Shown here piece after piece: positions 57,422-64,000 of a stretch of DNA of 64,000 nucleotides. This stretch comes from Bacillota bacterium. Lineage in GTDB: Bacteria; Bacillota; Ch66; Ch109. How positions within the stretch are numbered: the stretch's first letter is position 1; each line of letters starts with the position of its first letter. The notes beneath the pieces were generated by a model. That model saw only the letters and a program-made list of their open reading frames with translations, searched no databases and was not told the DNA's origin. The stretch lies in contig JABLWZ010000011.1 of NCBI GenBank assembly GCA_013178275.1, positions 89,422-153,421 on the forward strand. Direction: 5' to 3'. The position numbers and the translations under genes were made by a program.

Positions 57422-57654
57422 CGGGGATTATCCCTTTGGTATCAATTATATATCCCAACCCATGCCGGTTACCAGGTATTGAGGCGCAAAGCACCTGGAT
57501 ATATCCAGTATACTTTGGACCGTCCCAGGGGTAAGTATAATTCACTTATACCGGATTTAAGGATTTACAGTGGATAATATCGTACAACTGAATCAGGTAT
57601 CCGGGGAATCGCAAAACCTCCAGTGCCCATAATAGATAAAAAGGAGTGAGAAAA

Positions 57655-58461
57655 ATGCGCGGGAGAAAAGACAGCGAGCTGAGGCCCTTCCCGGACAGCC
57701 GGGTCTCTATGATAGATGTTTCTGAACTGGGTTTAAAAAAGCACCATATCAAGGTGCTGCTTGAGATCGATGTAACAGAGGCTCGGGAACTTTTTAGAAA
57801 AATTAGGGAGAGAGATGGGAAAGGCCTGTCGTTCACGGCCTGGCTGGTTAAGTGCGTCAGTACCGCGGTCGACGAGCATAGAGAGGCCAACGCCTTTTTA
57901 AAAAACAGCAAAACGATGCTGATCTTTAATGAGATAGACGTCTCGATCACAGTGGAAAAGGAGTATAAGGGCTGTAATGTTCCCCTGCCCTACGTAATCA
58001 GAAACACCAACCGCAAGAGCATACTGGATATCCACCACGAGATCAGAGAGGCGAAGCGGCCCGCCTCCGGGGAAGACAGTATCGTGATCGGTCAGGAGAA
58101 CAGCCGGTTTTACCAGCTCTTCCGGTCACTGCCGGGGGCTATCCGCAGGTTGGTGTGGAAGGTATTCCTGTTAGAACCGTATACCGCGAAAAGGAACATG
58201 GGATCGGTTATGCTGACATCGGTCGGGATGTTCGGCTCGATCGATGGATGGTTCATCCCGACCAGCATACACCCGCTCTGCTTTGCCGTGGGGACGGTCG
58301 TAAAGAAACCGGGGGTTGTGGATGATAAAATCACTGCCAGAGAGTATCTGAAGATGACGGTGTTGATAGACCACGATGTCATGGACGGGGCGCCGGCCGC
58401 ACGTTTTCTATCGAGGCTGTCCGAACTGCTGAAGAACGCCTACGGACTCGTGGACCTTTAA
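57655..58461 (+). CDS. stand-alone 2-oxoacid dehydrogenase E2-type acyltransferase catalytic domain
   Basis: C-terminal catalytic motif DHDVMDGAPAARFL (DHRxxDG type). No lipoyl or subunit-binding domain. ATG 57655 lies 8 nt after AAGGAG. Confidence 0.75.
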   Translation: MRGRKDSELRPFPDSRVSMIDVSELGLKKHHIKVLLEIDVTEARELFRKIRERDGKGLSFTAWLVKCVSTAVDEHREANAFLKNSKTMLIFNEIDVSITVEKEYKGCNVPLPYVIRNTNRKSILDIHHEIREAKRPASGEDSIVIGQENSRFYQLFRSLPGAIRRLVWKVFLLEPYTAKRNMGSVMLTSVGMFGSIDGWFIPTSIHPLCFAVGTVVKKPGVVDDKITAREYLKMTVLIDHDVMDGAPAARFLSRLSELLKNAYGLVDL

Positions 58462-58626
58462 GCAATCGTTGGTATTCCTTTAAAACTGCATTATAGGTCA
58501 AGGGATAAAACTGTCGACAAGCTACGGTGATCAGGCCTTTAGCGTATATAAAAAGAGGGGTGTAAGGTTCCCTCGGTTAGGTGGTCGGTGGAGACGGGTG
58601 GAGGGTTGGACGCAGGTGAAGTTTGT

Positions 58627-58980
58627 TTATTTATTTTCGATGGTGACTATCACCCGGTTCGGCATGCATATCGCGATATCACCGTATTTTTCCAGCCACC
58701 CGGTCTGGACGCAGATCTTGTCCGGGCAGTCTGAGGTTTCGAAGCTTATCCTGCCCGGCTCCACCCGGATGTGGTTTTGGTAGTTTCCGGAGACGGTTAT
58801 CAAACGGGATTCCTTCACCTCGTTGAGGTCGATGCGTTCGATCACCTTGTTGTTCTGTATTATTTCCGCCATGAGGTGATCGCTTTTATTGAAGTTCTTA
58901 TATATATAAAACCCGGTGGAGGCAAGAACCGCTCCTATGACAATGACGGCTATCAGTAATAAATCGCCTTTCTTCGGCAT
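58627..58980 (-). CDS. NusG domain II-containing (DUF1312) membrane-anchored protein
   Basis: N-terminal TM anchor and a beta-rich domain with a CPDKIC motif. The family is recalled from memory. Confidence 0.65.
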   Translation of the reverse strand: MPKKGDLLLIAVIVIGAVLASTGFYIYKNFNKSDHLMAEIIQNNKVIERIDLNEVKESRLITVSGNYQNHIRVEPGRISFETSDCPDKICVQTGWLEKYGDIAICMPNRVIVTIENK

Positions 58981-59021
58981 CTCAAGGTCTCGCTTTCATA
59001 TTATTAAAAGTAATAACACAC

Positions 59022-59546
59022 CTATTTATAGAAAAGCGCGTCGAAACGGTTGGTGGATTTCAGGAACCTTACCAGCTCCTTTAACAGGATCCCGGTGATA
59101 ACCCCTGCCGGCACCGACAGCAGCAGCATCACCGGCAGGTAATAGAAGATGCCGGGTTGATTGATAATCAGCGCGGCCATGAAGAGTTGCCCTATACAGT
59201 GGGCCGCGGCGCCGGCGATGCTGATGCCGATCAGGCTGAGGGCGGGCGAGATTCGCAGTAGAAGCGCCATGAGGCAGCCCGCCGCGACCGCGCCGGTAAA
59301 ACTCAGAAAAAAGCCGACCCCGAAAAGCGTCCCGTTCAGCAGTGAGCCGAGTATGGTCCGGAACACGATGATGCTGAGAGCGGTCTTGAAATCGAATACC
59401 ACCAGGGCCAGCAGGGTGATGATGTTCGCCAGTCCGAGCTTCACCCCCGGTACCGGGATGGGATTGGGCAGCAGGCCTTCGAGATAGTGGAGGACCGTGG
59501 CCTGGGCTACCAGTATTGCGATTACCGCCAGTCTTTTAGTTGACAT
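59022..59546 (-). CDS. Gx transporter-family membrane protein (PF07456 / 'heptaprenyl diphosphate synthase component I'-like), putative ECF S-component
   Basis: 174 aa, ~5 TM helices, N-terminal ..AILVAQATVLHYLEGLLPNPIPVPGVKLGLANI... Confidence 0.65.
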   Translation of the reverse strand: MSTKRLAVIAILVAQATVLHYLEGLLPNPIPVPGVKLGLANIITLLALVVFDFKTALSIIVFRTILGSLLNGTLFGVGFFLSFTGAVAAGCLMALLLRISPALSLIGISIAGAAAHCIGQLFMAALIINQPGIFYYLPVMLLLSVPAGVITGILLKELVRFLKSTNRFDALFYK

Positions 59547-59562
59547 ACGCTGTTTTTCCTCA

Positions 59563-60444
59563 TCACGGGCTTGGGGTCTGCGGCTGCCGCCTTTCCGACA
59601 GAACCCTGATCAGCTCTGAACCAGCCTCATTCATGTCCTTGATACCGGTATCCACCTTTATCCCCCGGTCGGCCAGGGCTTGTACCACCTGAAGGTAGTC
59701 GGGCAGTTCAAACCTGAACCGGGCGAGGAGTTTCGAGTCTGCCTGCAGTTCCCCGACCCCTCCGAAAAAAACCAGGGCCCCCCGGTCCAGGATGGCGATT
59801 TTATCCGCCAGGGCCAGTATCTCTTTCAGGTTGTGGGAGATCATGACGGTCGTCTCGTTACGGTTTTCCCGGCGCCGGTTTATGATATCCAGGACCAGTC
59901 TCCGCCCCCGAGGGTCCAGACCCGCCATCGGTTCGTCCAGCACCATTATTTCGGGGTGCAGCGCCAGTATCCCGGCGATGGCCACCCTTCTGCGGATGCC
60001 GCCGCTCAGGTTGATGGGAGACAGCAGGGAGGTCGGATCAGGAGCCAGCCCCACCTTCTCCAGGGCGTCGTGGACCCGATCCCTGATCTCCGATTCATCC
60101 AGTCCCAGGTTCCGGGGGCCGTACGACACCTCGTCGTATACACTGGCCTCGAATATCTGCTGCTCCGGGTACTGAAAGACCAGACCCACCTTTTTCCACA
60201 GCCCGGTCCGCTGCTCCTTGACGCTGGTGTCGATGCCGCAGACCCTCACGGTGCCGCTGGTCGGGTAAACCAGGCCGTTCAAGTGCTTGGCCAGGGTGGA
60301 CTTGCCCGAGCTGTTGGGCCCGAATACTCCCAGAAACTCTCCCCGGCCCAGTGATAGGCTGATGTCCCTCAAGGCCCGGTGTTCGTAAGGGGAGCCCGGC
60401 AGATAGGTATAGTTGAGTCCCTGAATCTCGATTATATTCGACAT
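59563..60444 (-). CDS. ecfA: energy-coupling factor transporter ATPase (EcfA2-like)
   Basis: GPNSSGKST, LSGGIRRRVAIAG, VLDEPMAGLD. Overlaps the upstream ATPase gene by 13 nt. Confidence 0.9.
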   Translation of the reverse strand: MSNIIEIQGLNYTYLPGSPYEHRALRDISLSLGRGEFLGVFGPNSSGKSTLAKHLNGLVYPTSGTVRVCGIDTSVKEQRTGLWKKVGLVFQYPEQQIFEASVYDEVSYGPRNLGLDESEIRDRVHDALEKVGLAPDPTSLLSPINLSGGIRRRVAIAGILALHPEIMVLDEPMAGLDPRGRRLVLDIINRRRENRNETTVMISHNLKEILALADKIAILDRGALVFFGGVGELQADSKLLARFRFELPDYLQVVQALADRGIKVDTGIKDMNEAGSELIRVLSERRQPQTPSP

Positions 60445-61268
60445 AGGCTCTCTACCAGCTGCGGTATAGTCTCGATGGCGCCGTCAATCCGATACCCTTC
60501 CCGTTCCAGACGGTTGATCAGGTTGTAGATGCCGGGCGGTTCCAGTCCGATGGCCGCCAGTTTGTCCACCTCCGAGTATACCTCCCGCGGACTCCCCTGG
60601 AGGTAGATCGAGCCCCGGTCCAGAACGATCAGCCGGCTGGCGTGGATCAGGTCTTCTGGGTTATGGCTGATCAGCACTATGGTAATGCCGTTCTCAGCGT
60701 TTACCTTTCTCAGGTACTCCAGCACATCCCACCGGCTCGAGGGGTCCAGCATGGACGTGGGTTCGTCCAGGATGAGGTAGTCCGGCCGCATGGCCAGCAC
60801 GGAGGCCAGGGCGACCTTCTGTTTCTGTCCCCCGGACAGGAGATGGGGGGCGTGGTGCTTCTTGTCCTCCAGGCCCACGAGGCGCAGGGACCAGTCCACC
60901 CGGCTGTCGACTTCGGAGGACGGCAGGCCCAGGTTTTCGGGGCCAAAGGAGACCTCCTCCGCGACCACCGGGCAGACCAGCTGGTTATCGGGGTTCTGAA
61001 AAACCATGCCCACTATCTGCCGGACCTCTGTCAGCCGCCCGGGGGAATCCAGGTCGATGCCGTTAACGTACACCTTTCCTGTGTTGGGCTTGACCAGACC
61101 GTTCAAGATCCGGGCCAGGGTCGATTTTCCCGACCCGTTCAGCCCCAGGATGCCGATATACTCCCCAGGCCCAATGCTCAGTGATATGTCAGCGAGCGCG
61201 GTGATTTTGCCGTCATCGCCGGCAAAATCCTTGCTCACGTTTATCAGTTCAATGCCGCGGCCGTTCAT
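60432..61268 (-). CDS. ecfA: energy-coupling factor transporter ATPase (EcfA1-like)
   Basis: Start ATG 61268 lies behind GGGGGGAAG, giving MNGRGIELINVSKDF. GLNGSGKST, LSGGQKQKVALAS, ILDEPTSMLD. The longer ORF-track N-terminus overlaps ecfT and is rejected. Confidence 0.9.
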   Translation of the reverse strand: MNGRGIELINVSKDFAGDDGKITALADISLSIGPGEYIGILGLNGSGKSTLARILNGLVKPNTGKVYVNGIDLDSPGRLTEVRQIVGMVFQNPDNQLVCPVVAEEVSFGPENLGLPSSEVDSRVDWSLRLVGLEDKKHHAPHLLSGGQKQKVALASVLAMRPDYLILDEPTSMLDPSSRWDVLEYLRKVNAENGITIVLISHNPEDLIHASRLIVLDRGSIYLQGSPREVYSEVDKLAAIGLEPPGIYNLINRLEREGYRIDGAIETIPQLVESLCRI

Positions 61269-61303
61269 AACGCTTCCCCCCGGGTATATTGATACAGAAA
61301 CAT

Positions 61304-62113
61304 CTAAGCGTAGGAGATAATCAAGCCCAGCAGCAGCACCGCCGCCATAAAACCCATCAGCGCGGCATCCCGGCCCTGCAGTTTCAAAGAGTTCATCCGG
61401 TACCGGTTCCGATGGCCCGCGTAACATCTGCTGTCCATGGCCTCGGCCAGGTCCTCGGCCCTCAGCAGCGAAGAGGCCAGGAGGGGTATCAGGATCGCCA
61501 GGTAGCTCTTCAGCCGGACCAGCAGCCTCGGCGAATCGAACGGTGCCCCCCGCGAGCTCTGGGCGTCCTTGATGATGTTTACCTCTTCGACCAGGGTGGG
61601 TATGAAGCGGAACGAGATGTTCACCACCGTGGTGAAGTTGTGTACCGGGACCCTGATGCGGTTCAGGGGTGACAGCAGATACTCCAGACCCGCCGCGAAC
61701 TTCAAGGGGGAGGTGGTCATCAGCAGGATGATCGAGCCCAGGTACAGTATCACCAGGCGGAAAAGGTTTACGGTGCCGAGCGTCAAGCCTTCGCGGGTGA
61801 CGCTCAGGGACCCTATGCGGAAGGCCGGTTCCCCGGCCGTGAGGACGGCCTGAAAGACAAAGGTTATCAAAAGCAGGTACCTGATACTGCGCAGGCTGCG
61901 GAGTATCGAATCAGGCGGTATCCCAGAGCCCTTGATCGCGGCAGCCATCAAAACCAGGAAAAAAAGCAGGTAGTACAGGCTGTGGCTGGTCAGCACCGCG
62001 ATGACGGCAAATGTACAGCAGATAATCTTGGTGCGGGGGTCCAGTGAGTGTATCAGCGAATCCCCGTAGACGTACTGGCCGAGTTTTATCCGGGTCATCT
62101 CGCTCATCCCCAA
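61304..62113 (-). CDS. ecfT: energy-coupling factor transporter transmembrane protein EcfT
   Basis: 269 aa. ..IHSLDPRTKI.. N-terminus and an ..ARG/SSRG.. coupling-helix region (AQSSRGAPF). Confidence 0.85.
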   Translation of the reverse strand: MGMSEMTRIKLGQYVYGDSLIHSLDPRTKIICCTFAVIAVLTSHSLYYLLFFLVLMAAAIKGSGIPPDSILRSLRSIRYLLLITFVFQAVLTAGEPAFRIGSLSVTREGLTLGTVNLFRLVILYLGSIILLMTTSPLKFAAGLEYLLSPLNRIRVPVHNFTTVVNISFRFIPTLVEEVNIIKDAQSSRGAPFDSPRLLVRLKSYLAILIPLLASSLLRAEDLAEAMDSRCYAGHRNRYRMNSLKLQGRDAALMGFMAAVLLLGLIISYA

Positions 62114-62372
62114 TAAACAGGTTGATCGAATCCTTGGATACCGGCAGCGCCGCCGACGACCGGTTTAAAACCGTTCCCAAACGTATAAGCACAGTATACC
62201 AGATATCCACCCCGAAACTAATAGCGCCGGACAAACCGGTCTTCCATCGACCGGAAGCTGGCCAAACGGCCGCCGGCGCCAATTCCGGGCGGCGGGCATA
62301 AATGAAGGAAACCGGGGTTTAGACGGTTCCCTTCATTTATGGGTTCGAGCGGATTCCGCTCAGGTGTGAGCC

Positions 62373-63929
62373 TTACTGGACCGTCTTGATGTACTTGACG
62401 GAGTTCATCCCACTATTTCTGCCGGTGAAGACAGATATGCCCTGGCAGGAACCGGGGATGTTCAGGCCGTAAGTATCGCCCGTGAATCCGTCGCAGTCCA
62501 TGCCGGCGGCGTACAGCCCCTTGATCGGCTGCAGGTCTTTGTTGAGCACCTCATTTTTAAGGTTGACTTTGATGCCGCCCATCGAGTTGAGGTTCAGGAT
62601 CTTGATGTGGAAGGCGTAAAACGGACCCGTCTTCACCGGGTTAAGGTACTTGGGGTCCTTGCCGTAGTCAGGGTCGGCGCCCTTGGCGCAGTAGTCGTTG
62701 TACTGGTTTATGGTCGCCAGGAAGGTTGCCCGGTCGACCCCGATCTTGTCGGCTAGTTCTTCCAAGGTATCGGCCTTGAAGACGTTCGCGGCGTTCTTCT
62801 CAAGGGCCTTCTGCAGCTCACCGCTCAGGTCGGTCAGCTTGGTCCCGGGGAGGACGTAAGCCCCGAAGCCGTTGTAGCAGCCTTCGTTGATCATCTTGTT
62901 GATCAGGTCGCTGTCCATAACCGAGAAGGTCTTGGGCTGCTGTTCGACCGCGTTGGCCGCGCGGGTGTAGTGGAAGATGACATCCTCGTTCACATAGCGC
63001 ATACCGCTCTTATTGATCCAGAGACTGGGCTCCATGGCGGCCGCGGAGTTGATGTGCGAGTGAACCGAGTAACCCTCCAGGGTGAGGCCGATCTTGCTGA
63101 ATATTCCCCATCCACGGGAAGTTGCGCCAACTTTCTGGGCCATCTTGATGCCATCCCCGGTGTGCCCGGGCGTACCGCCGTTGACGACCTGGGTCATGTC
63201 CTCCTGCGCCAGCTTGGCGACCAGTTCCGGGTCATCCGAGAAACCGCCCGTCGCTATAATGGCGGCCTTGGTGTTGATGAGCAGTTCTTTGCCGTCCGAG
63301 GTGGTGGCCTTGACGCCGGTGACGCGTCCGTTGTCCATGACCAGTTCTTTACCGGGGGTGTTGAGCATTATCTCCACACCGAGCGTCTTGGCCTTAGGCT
63401 CCAGGTACTTGTCGAAGAGGGCGTCGCCGAAGCCTTCGTAGACGTGCCAGGTCTTTTCACCCGCGCCGGGGCTGCTCACGGTCGAAAACTTGACCCCCAT
63501 GTCCAGGAGCCACTGGATATTCGCGCCTGACGCGTCTATCAGGGCCTTCCACAGGGGAGCGTCGACCCGGTAGTTGTGGAACTCCATCTCTTTCCGCAGA
63601 ATCTGAAGCTTGTTGGTGGTGATACCCATCTGCTTCTGGATCGGGCTTTCGGCGCCAAAGACACCTTCGGCGAACCGGCTGCTTCCACCGACCTTCCCCA
63701 TTTTCTCCAACAGGATAACCTTCGCTCCCTGGCTGGCGGCTTCGATCGCCGCGGTCATGCCGGCGGTGCCGGCGCCGATGACTACGACATCAGCCTGTTT
63801 GGTGACCGCCGGGCCGGTACTGGTGCTGGGACCGGGGGTTGGCTGTGTTCCTCCGCAGCCGGTCAGGCTGAACAGCAGCGAAACGGTCAACAGCAGAACC
63901 AGTGACAGTCTAGCCTTTTTCATGGACAT
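62373..63929 (-). CDS. exported FAD-dependent reductase lipoprotein (flavocytochrome c / fumarate-reductase-like FAD_binding_2)
   Basis: Signal peptide with lipobox SLTGC. DVVVIGAGTAGMTAAIEA dinucleotide fold. ..GGSS.. and C-terminal ..GLYAAG...G.. motifs of soluble fumarate/urocanate-type reductases. No FMN_bind or heme domain seen. Confidence 0.8.
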   Translation of the reverse strand: MSMKKARLSLVLLLTVSLLFSLTGCGGTQPTPGPSTSTGPAVTKQADVVVIGAGTAGMTAAIEAASQGAKVILLEKMGKVGGSSRFAEGVFGAESPIQKQMGITTNKLQILRKEMEFHNYRVDAPLWKALIDASGANIQWLLDMGVKFSTVSSPGAGEKTWHVYEGFGDALFDKYLEPKAKTLGVEIMLNTPGKELVMDNGRVTGVKATTSDGKELLINTKAAIIATGGFSDDPELVAKLAQEDMTQVVNGGTPGHTGDGIKMAQKVGATSRGWGIFSKIGLTLEGYSVHSHINSAAAMEPSLWINKSGMRYVNEDVIFHYTRAANAVEQQPKTFSVMDSDLINKMINEGCYNGFGAYVLPGTKLTDLSGELQKALEKNAANVFKADTLEELADKIGVDRATFLATINQYNDYCAKGADPDYGKDPKYLNPVKTGPFYAFHIKILNLNSMGGIKVNLKNEVLNKDLQPIKGLYAAGMDCDGFTGDTYGLNIPGSCQGISVFTGRNSGMNSVKYIKTVQ

Positions 63930-64000
63930 TCCTCCTTACTGGAACGTTTAATCGGACTACCCGGTTTCCTCCGCCGTGTGCCGAGGCAGTCCAGAAAAAC

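Noticed and set aside
57546-57950. 134-aa minus-strand ORF, which could have been an antitoxin or partner upstream of the GNAT gene.
   Set aside because: It is antisense to the well-supported E2-domain gene and is Ser/Leu-rich with no RBS. The GNAT therefore appears to be solitary rather than part of a toxin-antitoxin pair.
62114-62372. Possible FMN (RFN) riboswitch upstream of ecfT, based on strings such as CGGAATTGGCGCCGGCGG and GGTCGATGGAAGACC on the minus strand.
   Set aside because: The resemblance is only fragmentary. The segment is far shorter than an RFN element, and the closing helix and conserved GGGCAGGGTGAAATTCCC core are absent.

Overview
This is a 64-kb chromosomal window from an endospore-forming, probably anaerobic Firmicute of Clostridia type. 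The assignment rests on spo0A, a 4-subunit 2-oxoacid:ferredoxin oxidoreductase, ECF modules and an agr-type locus. No rRNA, tRNA or CRISPR array was recognised. Layout, left to right: (1) 1-10.8 kb holds three paralogous soluble PAS/GAF sensor histidine kinases with near-identical KinA-like H-boxes, surrounding spo0A. (2) 11-13 kb, visibly AT-rich, holds a sigma-54 enhancer-binding protein with no recognisable sensor domain, followed by a good -24/-12 promoter and two tiny ORFs. (3) 13.5-16.2 kb is an ABC importer. (4) 16.3-21.9 kb holds an LDH/MDH-family dehydrogenase, divergent from an Ile-type T-box leader. The leader controls a gamma-delta-alpha-beta 2-oxoacid:ferredoxin oxidoreductase operon plus a CbiT-like protein. 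(5) 22-27 kb holds a DUF1616-like plus CPBP protease pair and a complete agrC-B-D-A-like quorum-sensing locus whose 43-aa precursor contains no cysteine. (6) 27.4-43.7 kb is a compositionally mosaic glycan cluster. It encodes a geranylgeranyl-reductase-like flavoprotein, DPM1-like GT2, GT4, radical SAM, epimerase, pyruvyl transferase, a large polytopic membrane protein, a flippase, ManC/ManB and an acyltransferase, followed by a MacB-type ABC pair. (7) 43.9-49.9 kb holds a Ser/Thr-rich small membrane protein, two glycosyltransferases and an 868-aa proline-free collagen-like (G-A/D-T)n protein. (8) 50-55 kb holds a hemerythrin, an amidase lipoprotein, a 7TM-PAS-GGDEF cyclase and a DUF401-like membrane protein. 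(9) 55.3-57.4 kb is a GNAT gene split cleanly by a 1563-bp IS110-family element. (10) 57.6-64 kb holds a stand-alone E2 acyltransferase domain, an ecfT-ecfA-ecfA'-Gx transporter-NusG_II operon and an exported FAD-reductase lipoprotein. The most interesting signals are listed here. First, a 21-nt phased direct-repeat motif (LytTR-type architecture) recurs at four promoters and links the agr locus to the surface-glycan genes. Second, a T-box sits on an oxidoreductase operon. Third, a polyprenol-reductase-like gene lies inside the glycan cluster. Fourth, the IS110 insertion can be reconstructed exactly. All family assignments come from motif recognition by eye, and no searches were run.
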